A program made the position numbers and the translations under genes. A stretch of 57,503 bases of DNA. It comes from a virus (Duplodnaviria; Caudoviricetes). The stretch is from the IMG/VR virus record IMGVR_UViG_3300022221_000009, positions 1 to 57,503 of that record; one strand, written 5' to 3'. The notes beneath the pieces are model-generated. The model saw only the letters and a program-made list of their open reading frames with translations. It did not search any database and was not told where the DNA came from. The stretch's first letter is position 1; the number at the start of each line of letters is the position of its first letter. Of the stretch, positions 25,315-37,100 are shown piece after piece.

Positions 25315-26694
25315 ATGCCAGAACTAACCATCAGCCAATACCAGGGAGTCCTGCGCGAAGCAGGCAAACTGGTACCATCTGCCCGAACGATTAAGCGGGA
25401 GATCGCGTCTGGCCGACTGGGGGGCTACAAGAAACCGGGTCCAACTGGGCGATATGTTGTTGATCCTGATCGCCCGATCTCGGATACTACCCAACCAGAG
25501 GGAATGGGAATGGGTGGAAATCGACTACGGATCCATGATGGGTTGCCGCCTAACTTATATAAGTATAAGAAGAGCGATACTTGGTATTTTAGGTACAAAA
25601 TACCGGAACATATTAAAAATATTCCGGAAAATGAACGCTGGCAACCTTTAGGATCAAACGAATCAAAGGCCATCGATGCGGCCAATCAATTTAACCAGAA
25701 GTTTGGTAAAGGGTCTGATTTAGTGGCCCAGGTATACGCACGTCTGGACTCTATTGATCGCCATTTCGGGAGATATGTACAGAAGTTTCTGACGCAGATC
25801 CTCCCCGCTCGACGTGTTGGTAAGCGTAAAGAGCCTATGAGTCCGAACACTATTACTGAATACACCCGAATTTGTAATGACTTTCTATCGATCTGGAATG
25901 AAAAATACTTTCCGGAAATTACCCAGGCCATCATAGCTGAATACCTGAATAAGCAGGTATCTGCAGCAGTTTATAACAAGCACCGTACTGTTTTAGGGTT
26001 AATTTGGAAATATGCGATCAGCGATGGATTGATTGAAGATAAAGTTAATTTACCATTAGCTATTGTGAAAAGGGATGGAGAAAAGACAAAACGTCACCGA
26101 CTTACATTGGAAGGCTACCAAGCAATATTTGAACATGCTTCCTTTGCTGTTCAATCAGCCATGGAGTTATCGATCAATTGTATTCAAAGGCGATCTGATA
26201 TTCGGATATGGAAATTTGATGATACATTGGATAACGGCATGGTTCGTCGAATTGTTTCAAAAACAAAATCACGAGGAATGGAAGCCTATATAATGATTCC
26301 GATCACGCTTCCTTTGATCCATTCTGAACGAGGATGTAAAACACTCAAAGAATTAATTAATAGCTGTCGTGATAATGTGCCCTCACCTTATCTGGTTCAC
26401 CATAAGCCATACCGTCGAAAGCTATCTAAACAGAAAGACCACTGGACACAATTAAGCAAAGAAGAAATATCAAATGGCTTTGCTGATGCCAGAGAGAGCA
26501 GTGCGTTTTATCAAAAACTACCACCGGAAGAACGTCCCACATTACATGAATGTATTGCCCTTGGTGAACATCTTATGGGAAATGCAGGCTATGATGAAAA
26601 GTGGATACAGCTGCTCCGAGGTCATCAAAAAATTGAGACAACCCGACTTTACCTGGAGGACCATGAATGGACAGTGATACCGATGCCATGTTAA
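25315..26694 (+). CDS. int: Tyrosine integrase with N-terminal excisionase-like extension
   Basis: Arm-binding LPPNLY...YFRYK; catalytic QRRSD, KTK, HECI and LRGH...TRLY; adjacent to attP. Confidence 0.88.
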   Translation: MPELTISQYQGVLREAGKLVPSARTIKREIASGRLGGYKKPGPTGRYVVDPDRPISDTTQPEGMGMGGNRLRIHDGLPPNLYKYKKSDTWYFRYKIPEHIKNIPENERWQPLGSNESKAIDAANQFNQKFGKGSDLVAQVYARLDSIDRHFGRYVQKFLTQILPARRVGKRKEPMSPNTITEYTRICNDFLSIWNEKYFPEITQAIIAEYLNKQVSAAVYNKHRTVLGLIWKYAISDGLIEDKVNLPLAIVKRDGEKTKRHRLTLEGYQAIFEHASFAVQSAMELSINCIQRRSDIRIWKFDDTLDNGMVRRIVSKTKSRGMEAYIMIPITLPLIHSERGCKTLKELINSCRDNVPSPYLVHHKPYRRKLSKQKDHWTQLSKEEISNGFADARESSAFYQKLPPEERPTLHECIALGEHLMGNAGYDEKWIQLLRGHQKIETTRLYLEDHEWTVIPMPC

Positions 26695-26719
26695 TTATTG
26701 GCCTCTTATTTGAGGCTCT

Positions 26720-26954
26720 ATCTTGCGAATATCTTGCGAATATCTTGCGAATTAGAAAAAGCTAATATTCTCTAACTTATTGATTTAATTGGTCGGGACG
26801 GCAGGATTTGAACCTGCGACCACCACACCCCCAGTGTGGTATCGAAACGATAGTAAGTTATTGATTTAATTATTAAAAGCACCTGAATTACTCTTGGACA
26901 AATTAGTTATAACTGGTCATATCAATCAATAACTTACAGCTCGATATTGCGAAT
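26720..26954. other. attP: arm repeats, IHF sites and tRNA core
   Basis: ATCTTGCGAAT x3 (26720-26752) and ATATTGCGAAT (26944-26954); WATCAANNNNTTR IHF sites near 26773, 26854 and 26924. Confidence 0.85.
26790..26840 (-). tRNA. 3' half of tRNA-Pro(GGG) (attP core; not a complete tRNA)
   Basis: Minus strand ACCACACT-GGG-GGTGTGGTGGTCGCAGGTTCAAATCCTGCCGTCCCGACCA: anticodon arm, T-arm and CCA present; D-arm and 5' acceptor strand absent. Confidence 0.9.
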
Positions 26955-26975
26955 TGTATTGTAAGCGAAAAAACA

Positions 26976-27329
26976 ATGAAAAAGATAATTCTATTTTACC
27001 TCATGATCCCCTGGCATGCGTATGCTGATGATTGGTCCACAGCTGACACATGGAGAGAGTCAGCATTCCAGGTTTTAAACTTGGTGGATTTAGGTCAAAC
27101 ATTAAATATTGTTAACCGAAGTGACTTGTATGAACAAAATCCAGTGTTAGGAAAGCATCCAAAAAAAAAGAAGGTGTATACCTATTTTATTGCGGGCGGT
27201 TTTGCCCACTACGGCATTTCAAGGTTTCTGACCCCTAAAAATCGGCAGATATGGCAATATGTGACAATCGGCTTTGGTGTCGGCACAGTCTGGCGTAATT
27301 ATACAATTGGCGTAAATATCGACTTTTAA
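26976..27329 (+). CDS. Exported/membrane accessory protein (moron)
   Basis: Signal peptide ending AYA; D..QT and EQNPVLG motifs. Confidence 0.7.
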   Translation: MKKIILFYLMIPWHAYADDWSTADTWRESAFQVLNLVDLGQTLNIVNRSDLYEQNPVLGKHPKKKKVYTYFIAGGFAHYGISRFLTPKNRQIWQYVTIGFGVGTVWRNYTIGVNIDF

Positions 27330-27402
27330 ACCATAGACGGATATTTAACACAGTACTCAACTTGTGGTACCTTCCTCGATAAGGTCAAAAGGGGATGGTT
27401 CA

Positions 27403-27780
27403 ATGAGAATAATAACGCTATTAATTGTGGCGGCTTTACTCACCGCTTGCGCATCAGGTTCAGCAATACTTACCGGCACAAAACGCCCACCTATCAAGCA
27501 CACCAAAGTAAAAATCTATTCATCCCCACCATCACAGTATGAAGAAATAGGGCTTGTCCAGGCTGTCGGTAAGAGTGGATGGACAATGCAGCAAAAGCAG
27601 GATTACGCATTAAAGGAACTGAAAACTCAGGCCGCCAAATTGGGTGCCAATGGCGTCATACTGACAAATAATAGTATTGGCGAAGGGAGTAGTGCCGGCG
27701 TCGTTTCTGGGAATATGCTAATGATGGCCCCGGTACGTCATGCCCATCTTTCAGGCAAAGCGATTTACGTCAGCAAATAG
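27403..27780 (+). CDS. Lipoprotein (YbjQ-like fold)
   Basis: Lipobox LTAC; YEEIG.V...LKTQAAKLGANGVIL. Confidence 0.75.
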   Translation: MRIITLLIVAALLTACASGSAILTGTKRPPIKHTKVKIYSSPPSQYEEIGLVQAVGKSGWTMQQKQDYALKELKTQAAKLGANGVILTNNSIGEGSSAGVVSGNMLMMAPVRHAHLSGKAIYVSK

Positions 27781-27928
27781 AATAGGTGATATTAAATGTT
27801 TATCTATCCAGGGGTGGCAACGGGAATAGCGACTTTAAATAAAATAAAGATTGATAATGTACGGCATTCACTAGAACGGGAGGAAGCCTTTATTGAAAAA
27901 GAAAGGCGTGATCTGATAAATAAATTAT

Positions 27929-28195
27929 ATGACTTGTACCGGCTTAACAATATTTCAGGTTGAGATAGTCAACTTCATTGCCATGGCGATCACCATGGGG
28001 CCAGCCTTATTGGCCGGCCTTTATGTGTTTGCCCGAACTACCCGGAAAGTGGAAAGCCAGTACCAGACCCGGCATGGCTCGATGGAAAGACGAATCGCGC
28101 TAAACTTTGCCCTGATACCGGGCTTGATCGCCTTTGTATTATCCGCGGCCTTTCTTTCACTCCTGACCCAGCACCTTTTTTGCGTGTTCCCGTAG
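27929..28195 (+). CDS. Small two-TM membrane protein
   Basis: Two hydrophobic helices; convergent with the giant gene. Confidence 0.5.
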   Translation: MTCTGLTIFQVEIVNFIAMAITMGPALLAGLYVFARTTRKVESQYQTRHGSMERRIALNFALIPGLIAFVLSAAFLSLLTQHLFCVFP

Positions 28196-31100
28196 ATTCT
28201 CCATTTTCCGTTTGATCACCTGCTTCTGTTTCAGGTATTCCTGACCATCAATCAGATTCCGTTTTTTGTCCGACTCCAGCTGGAACATTTGACTACTTAG
28301 TGCACGCTGGATTTGATCGATATCCCGCGCATGCCAGGACAGACCGTATTTCACGTCATGGGGGGCCAGCTTGACACCGGCAGAGGATAAGAAAGCATAG
28401 CCGATCCCGTACTCACGGCCCAGCATGTCACGGCCACCCTTGATCGACCGTTCAATCTTTTGCCAGTACCAGGACTCCGGTATCCAGGGTGCTGCCGGCA
28501 TCCACGATCGCCACGCCCAGCCACCCAGCTTGGCTGCAGACTCCCCAGTGGTATCGATTTTCGAATCGACGATCTCCTTGCCGGTGAAGGCCTGCTTGTT
28601 CAAAGCCAATTCCCCAGCCAACATCAACGGGCCACTTAGCTGCAATGGCGCCGGTATCGGGAGTGCCCACTGACCCTGATTCATATCAAAGACATCCCCG
28701 GCCGGTATCCAGCGACGGATATCCAGGAAGACCGGGTTACCGTGTTCATCGTGCCAGGGCATGCGCATCATGCGAGGCACACCCGGCAGCCAAGTATTCC
28801 CTTGTGCTTGTTCACGCATGGAGCGGCGTTCCTCGTCCTCATCACCGGGCGATAGCATATAACCCAGGGCATTCACCATATAGGCAATCGTGGTGTACTT
28901 GGCCAGCTTCCACGGCCGTTCCGCAATGGATTTGGCGATCACCGGCACGGCCCGGTAGGTGTAGGCGATAAAGGGCAGCACAGTCCCGCGCATGGCGTTG
29001 ACCCAGGGTGCCCGAATATCGTAATTCAGGAACTGTTCACGCGCCGCACGGGCAGAGACATCCGGTTGATCACCGAGGGATAGACGGCGCATATAGGTGG
29101 CCATACGGAAAATCTCATCTTCCATCGAGTACCAGTCAATCATCCGTTTATCAGCCTTACCAACCCATTTCCAGATTGATTCGTACATCTGACTGAGGTT
29201 ATTCAGGCGACCCTCTGCCCCGCTGGCCTCGTCCAGATTCTGGCTTTTCAACTCTTCCAGGAGCGGGTCGAGGATCTGCCGGCGCACTTCCTGATCCACA
29301 AAGTTACTGCCAAACACCCCGTGCTCAACAGCATCCCGGTAGTCCTTGGTTTCATGGCGCAGGGCATACCAACCACGATACAGATCCTGCCAGCGAATAT
29401 CGGCCATATCCATAAAGATGAAGTTGGACATGATGTTATTCATGTGCACCACTGGGTTGCGGGCGGTCTTGTTCAGTTTCCACTGGGTCAGCAGCTTGCG
29501 CCACAAGCCCGGGACCTGGAGCCGACGCAGTTCATTCAGGTCACGCCAGATTTCCGCACGCACATACTTGCCGGCCAGAGGACCCCAGAGGCGTTTCGTT
29601 GTCCCGGGTAAGGTGGATTCTGGGATCTGCACCCATTCATAACCCACATACGTGGCCATGGCCCCCTTGGGGGTGGTGATGGTACCGGAATCGGGCGGTC
29701 CTTCTTCGGACCATACCCAGTTGGGGTTTTTGGCAATATCCGAGTAGAACCGTGCCGTGGACACATCATTGGCCAGCAACATATAGGACTTGGCCAGGAC
29801 ATACCGTGCATCGAGGATTTCCCCCATGGATTCACGCTCAGACTGCGTAAAGTCACGCCAGAGGGTGATCTTGTTGCCCTTGTAGCCGCGGGCCTCCCAG
29901 ATACCCTTGTTGTCCCAGCCCTTGTACATATTGGGCAGAGGCACGTCTGCAGGCCAGTAGCGACGGTCCAGGACACGCGGCTTGCGACCGGGCTCACCCA
30001 TTCCTTCGAAGGTTTCTGTGCCCTGCCCGACAGCCTGCACCTTGTCCAGCACGATAAACTTCATCCCCTGCAGGGAGCCGTCCGTCTTGTTTTTGAATTT
30101 CTGACGGCCCCACCAGTCAACCGGAACCGCATCAAGCAATTTGTCCTGCTCGATATTCATATTCATGCCCCGCTGGCGGAGCTGACTGCCAATCATCTTG
30201 GCTCGGCGGTTGGATAGCTGGTTATTGACCCAACGGCCCAAGCCGGTCTGTTCAATCTCATGCTTTTTGTACGCGCGGTGCAACCAGGTCCCCCGGTGGC
30301 GTTCATAGGTTTCCGCATCCAGCCAACCCAGTTCCACCAGTTCATGCCCCAGCTGGTCCAGGGCCTGACGAACCGGTGCCGCGATATCGTTCCACTCGGA
30401 ATCGGGAATTTGTTCACCTTCCAAAATGGCTTTGAAGACCTTGGCCTCTTTGACATCCATGCCCCGGTTCATCATGGTATTAATGAAATCAGCCCCTTCC
30501 ATCTGGATCCGACGCTTCTCGGCCTCACGCTCGAAGTCACGCTGTTTGTACTCTTCGGTCAGACCGTATCGATCGATCAAACCCGCACGTAAATGTTCAA
30601 GGAAAGGATTCATCCACCCCATATAGCCATCGGTATTGAACTTGCGATCCATCACCAGTTTTTCCAGTTGGTTATAGCCCTTCTTGGTTTTATCGGGCAC
30701 ACCGGCAATGTCGAAGGCCTTGCGGAAGACGCGATCAATTGGCTGACCTTTGCCCAGGCGGTCGAGGAGTTTCTTCTGGTTATCGGGGAGATCGTCGCGA
30801 TGGTCTTTGGAGATAGGGTCACCCAAGGAGAACATGACTTGACCTTGTTCCAGAACGGCGTCACGCATTTTTTTTGAGATATCAATGGAATGGGTAACCA
30901 AAGGATCTAATTGGTTTTCGTTTTTATTTACGAAAGCATCTGCTTCTTCTTCTGAGGCAAAAGTATCAAGGATATTTTCATCCATATCTACTACATGCCA
31001 TTCTCCCCGATTGTTACCCATAGCGAAGAGGCCTTTTAGGTATTTACGTTTACCAATATTAGTTTTACCAACTTTAGCCCCCCATTTTTTGACATACTTG

Positions 31101-34100
31101 TTGACAGCTGAAGGTAGTATTTTATCATAAAACCCTTTCATGCCTTCGCCGCCGACTTTGAGCTGCTCACCTTCTAGGTGATACGATGATCCGCCATTCT
31201 TGTTATCCCATCGTTTATTTTTTATTAATTTGTCCGCCGCTTCCTTCCCGATTAAATCAGGCAAATCTTCTTCTTTTACATCGCTTTTACTGATTACGCG
31301 ATCATGGTCTTTGTAAGCATACAGTGTCTCGGTACCACTATTGTATTCAACACTATCAATCTGCTTACTCAAGTCATACCGATCTGCCTGCTGTTCTCCG
31401 GTAGTCCAGGCGATCCGGTCAAATCCGTTCTCAGCGGCATAGCGGATCATGCGCTTCATAGCCAACAGGGGCCAGGTGGTTTTAAAGGGGGCATCAGGAA
31501 CAGTGTTTTTGGTATAATCTGAATGCTCCATCATCTCCTGTCGATAAGATTCTATATCGGTAACAGTGCTATCTAATTCGAAAAATTGACGCACCTCTGA
31601 ATCGCTAGGCACATCTTTTTTATACCCTTTCTTCCTGCCCTCCTGATGCCAGTCACTCTGTACTTCCTCGACAAATAACACACGTTTGCCCTCTGCGTCT
31701 GTGCGCTCATTGAAACGGATGTGGGCCAGAACATTGGGCTCATCGAAGTGGCTGGACTTGTAACTTTCACCATCCGGTGCGCTCAGTGCCACTTCTGGCA
31801 CCTGGTCTTTAATATCAAGTTTTTCAGATTCGGATAAATCATCCCAGCTAGGTTCGCCACCTTTTCGCATGAAGTTTTCATAGAATTGTTTTGCGCTGGC
31901 ATCTTCTGATAACTTTTTAACAGGCAACGTCAACAACATCTCCCGATAGTTTTTGCCTCCGGGTAATTGATATCCAGCAAATTTTGCTACTGAACTTGGT
32001 CTATGTGCAGCCTCTTGTAGTTTTTGTAATTTTTCTATAGCTGCCTTTGGCCATTCATAGGTTTGAGTTGTGCCGTATTTTATTTCCATTTCACGGCGAT
32101 ATTTATTTAATTCCTCAAGCTCTTTGTATTTGCCTGATATTTTTTCCATCTCTTCGATCTGGATATTATTCACCCGCAGGTAATCCAGCACCTGGTCCTT
32201 GCTTACCTTACCCTCTTGTTCCTGCAGCCACTCAACCAGTCCGGACCATTCCAGTTCTTCCTGTTTGAATTCGCCTTTCTTGGCCCATGACTGCACGGTC
32301 ATTGCCAGTTGCTTGGCTGGACCTGAGTTTGGTAATTTCTTAGCCAGGACAGATTGCAGTTGGCTGTAGAAAATTGGTGCATTAACTGAATACGAGACAC
32401 CTTCGCTTACAGTTTCCCCTGCTACAGCCGTTTCTTTTCGGATATGATTCGCTGCATCCTGCAGGATGACACCCATGTCGGCTTTGGTCAGTTTGAGATT
32501 AAACCCAAGTTGTCGCATCAAATCACGAATCATTGACACAATACGGTCAAAGAGTTGCTTGGCTTTTTTACTCAGAGTGTTGGCATGATAGGATTCAGCC
32601 AGTTTGGCAAGATATTCCTCGACAGCTTTTAATCTGTCGGATTCTTTATCGAGATCGAAATTGTAGCGTTTGGCAATATCGACAAGACTTGATCGACCAA
32701 CAGCCAGATAGACTTGTTTTAATATAGTAACCGCTTGATCACCGAAGCCTTTGAAACCGGCATGCAGTAATACTTCATGGAAGATGGCGCGCTCAACGTC
32801 TGCATCATTTAATAAGTTACCCGCAACCAGATAAACTTCACCGGTTTGATTATCGACAAAGCCCTTGATTCTATTTTCTTTGCCTTTTATTTGATTCTTG
32901 AATTTATCAGGCACGTCCTCGATAGAGGATAGAACGGTGATCTTCGGTTTGTTTTTCCAGCTGCTTGTCAGCCGATCAACAATTTCCTGTACCCCAGAAA
33001 CAGAAAACCCGGTTTGTGGCCGGGTTTCGGTATTGGATAGTTTGGCACTTACTGGTGGTCCTGATCCCTCAGTTCCCTCAGACGCTGCAGACTGTCGCGC
33101 TTGTTTTGCTGCAAGGAGGCGATCTCGGACGGACTCAGTTTCCGGTACCTTGACACGATCGAGGTATCGGGCTTCTGATTCTGTGAGGCTGTCAAATCCG
33201 TAGCCGAATTCTGAGACAAACCATTGTTCAAATTCATTTCCATAGCGTTCACGTAGTTTCTGTAAAATCTCCTGACTTGGTGCAAGTTTAGATGAATACT
33301 GCTTACCCATCAATGCAGACGTTAGAATAACCTCGCCACCCTGAGATTCAATGTAGCCCCGCAGGCTGGCCAGCGTTCCGCCTTGCGTTAAAGTATCGTC
33401 TACAATCAGGTACTTACGGCCTTTTTCCACTTCGCCGGTAAAGGTCGGCTGATTGGCCAGACGGTAGAAGCCATCTGACCCGCCTCGACCAATTTTCTCT
33501 GTCTGAACAATCGACTCGTCAACCTCCAGACCCAATTCATTGCCAATTACTTCGGCATACGCCAGGGGGATCTGGTTCACGCTGACCCGTTCCTCGGCAT
33601 GAATGGCCACCACAATGGGATAGTTATCACCAATAGCCCCGGACAGCTTATTAATGTCTTCATCCTCAATCAGATCCCGGGCCAATCGGTAAGCGGCCTC
33701 GATGTCGCCATCCTTCGCGGCACGGTAATCAGGGTGTCCCTGGGCTTCCTTGGCCGTTTTCAGGATAACTGCATTCGGGTAGTTTTCTGGCCATGGCGTG
33801 CGGACCTTATCACCAAGGGAAAAGCTGACGGATTCATCGCTGGGTAACGCTTCGACCATAAAGGCTTCGGCATTCTCTTTTTCCTTGAATATAAAACCTG
33901 TAGCGTAACGTGAATAATAACCATCATGCTTTTTAGCCAGCGATTTCAATTCCATATAACGATCACGTGGTACCCGGTCAACCATCTTAATGGTCCAGAT
34001 AGGATAATGATCTCTTGTGTGTTCACCCTCCGTCATTTCCAGTCCGGTGCGCTTAGCCTCTTCCTGGGCCTTGGCCTCGGCTTCCTCGGCTTCGCGTTCT

Positions 34101-37100
34101 TCCTTGGTCTTGGTTGGCTCATTCCGTGGATCGATAGAAAAGTCTTCTATTTCATCAAAAAACTCATGAACGGATTCAAAGCTACTGAAATCATAATTCG
34201 CTGACTGTGGCGCATCTTCCGGATTATCCTGTCGGTCCAGCACAACAACCCGTGTAGCCACCTTGGTTGCGGCCCGCTCAAAGGTCGCGGTGGGTAAAGT
34301 AATATCAGCCGCCAGATAAATATTCTCAGTCAACTTGTTGTCATACATAAGTTTATCGAACCGTTTGTCAGCCATACCCCCACGCGGAATGATAGCTGTA
34401 ATCCGGCCACCGTTTTTCAAATGTTTGATCGCTTTCTCGATATGACGAATAGCATCACTCCCGCCTTTACCGAAAGGGGGATTCATGGCGATCACATCAT
34501 ACTTGTTGATCAAATGATGATTTTCAAAGGTATCCCGGATCACCTTACCATTCGTGACAACCGCCAATTCACTGGCCAGTCGGCCGGACGGCTCAATAGC
34601 GGTATTATTTGAATGACCAGGGAAGAACCGCGCAATGGCACCATGACCGCCTGACGGCTCCATGGCATCTTCATTCGGCTTGATATTGGACCACTCGACC
34701 ATCTTTAGACCAAGGGGCTCAGGTGTCGCAAAATAATCCTTGCCCTCAGCGGATTTGTTGCGAGAAGTTTTCTTGCCTCGGGCCAAGTAATAGGTTTTGG
34801 CCCGATCAAAGTCTGATATCTCGCGCTGATTCCGGTCGCCTTCTTTCCCGCCTTTCCCTTGCCCTTCTTTGGGTGATTCTTCTACTGGGTTCAGATAGCC
34901 TTCCTTGAATGCAATATCCATGTCCCTGGCTGTCAAACCCATGGCCAAATTTTCAGCGGTACTGACACGCTGACTGATCGTGTCAGCATAAGCAAATCGT
35001 TCAAAGCTGGTGTTGATCACCGGGTATTCAAAGATTGCATCGGACTGAACACCAATCCGGTACACCCGGCCCTCCATCTGGATCGCGTCAGTCGGACTGG
35101 TCGGCAATCCCAACACCATCACCACACGCTGGCGCTTGCCCGTGATATCGTGAAGACTGATCCCTTCCTTACCCGCCATCTTCTGCACAACAAGAATAGA
35201 TAACTCGTTGTTATCGTTATTAAAATCCTTGATCGCGGCACGTCGGTCCTTTTTCGATTGACGACCATTGAACACCGCCACCTTTTCGCCAAAATGTTTT
35301 AACAGGGTATCAACCACAGGACGCAATCCAGATAGGTCAAGATTCACTAAATCAGAATGATGGTTTTTAAAGTGGGTTATTTCCTGTTCAAGTTCTTCTT
35401 CCCCATTTCCAACAAATCGGAAAGGATGTGCCGGAGCCCCTTCGATATAGTTGTGAAACACAACCACTTTACGTCCCAATGCCAGGTGCTTTTCAATTCG
35501 CTCAATGCTGGCCTTGGCCTTGATCGTTTCCAGTAAGCGATGCTTATAAATCCCCTTGGTTTTCTGACGCAGGTGCTCACTCAGTTTCGGGTAAGATTTG
35601 TGATCAATGACATCGTACATCCCTCGATCAATCTCGGTACCGATATCCGGATCCACCAGCACAAATTCACGGGCATAATCTTGTTCAACTTCAATAGCAC
35701 GACCGGATAATGAACCAGCTTCAACTAACTGCTGATTAAAGTTGCGCTCCAACAAACCGACATCGATACCAGCCTCGGGACGTTCAGCACGGTTATAGCG
35801 CATGTGGTACCCGAAATTCGATACCAGGAACTGATCAAAGTTATCCCCGGCGTTATAGTGGGACGTAGATGATTCGTCATATCCTTCTGTGGTATCGAAC
35901 ACATAGCCATCGGCATAGAACACATTCTTATGACCAGCCCACGGAGTCGCTGACAAAAAGACAACCTTAGTCGGGCTTTCCTCTTCCCATTTGCGGTACT
36001 TGTCGGCCAATTTATCGGCCTGTTTTTCAAGCAATTTGTACTCTTCCTTATATTTTTTTCTGGCCTTATCCTCTGCAGCAAAGCCATTTAATTTTTCTAT
36101 TTCTTCCAGTCGTTCCGCTTCTTTTTTAACCTTGGTTTGATATTTTGCATACTCATCCCGCAATTCATTGCGGCCACGCACCTTGTATTCAAAGTCTCGA
36201 TGATTGGTAATCGTGTAATGCTGCTCAGTGGTATCACTTTTCTTACCCTGCATATTCTCCATAAGCTTGTGAGACTCATCGTACAGAATCAGATCCCAGT
36301 GACGTTCGAGCAGAGCTTTGTTTTGGCGGAAATTGGCATACGTCGTAACGACCGCACCCTCACCAGCTGACACGACATTAGGTAGAGGTTCGGCTTTGAT
36401 AAACAGGTTTTTCGCATCAATCGCCCAATCAGTCACCTTGGCCTCAGAAGGGGTGACGATCAGAATATTGTTCTTACCATCCTTTGCAAACCGTTTGGCT
36501 ATTCCCAGGCCGGTATAGGTCTTACCGGTACCGGTACCATTGGTAAACATCATGCCTTTGCCATTGGCCTCATAAAACCGCTTTTCGGTTTTCAGGACAT
36601 CATCTTGCTGTTCGGGTGTGAGGAACGGGAGAGTTTCACGGATATTATCAATATCCTGGTGAATGTTTTTGATACGTTCAGCTTTGCGCTGGCGATCTAG
36701 TTTGGCTTGGTGCTCAGATTCCGTAGCATACGGTTCAATGTGGAGGCTTGTTTCTGGTTCAGTCTGTACTCCTGCGTCATCAGTTGTGTCGCTTCGTCCG
36801 GTGTCTGTACGTCCGGCAGGGCCTTCCTCAGATCTAAATTGTCCGTCTTGGCTAAATAGGTCGAAATTGCCTGATTCTCCAACATCGGCAGGGCTATCGT
36901 CTGATACGCGACGATCACCTTGTTGTCCACCTTGTCGGCTTTCAGTAGATTGGCTTGATGTTCCAGCGTCCTTTCCAGTTCCTCGTCCTGCATCACGAAC
37001 AGCATCTTCGCTGCCTGGCTCTTGGCCAGTGGTGCTATCTGATTCCAAATTGTCGCCGGTACTTGAAACATTATTGGTCTCCTGCTTTGAGTATAACTCA

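Noticed and set aside
26720-26752. Meaningless tandem repeat
   Set aside because: A related copy on the other side of the core and the IHF sites indicate integrase arm sites.
26790-26840. Functional phage tRNA gene
   Set aside because: The 5' acceptor strand and D-arm are missing; it is an att core.
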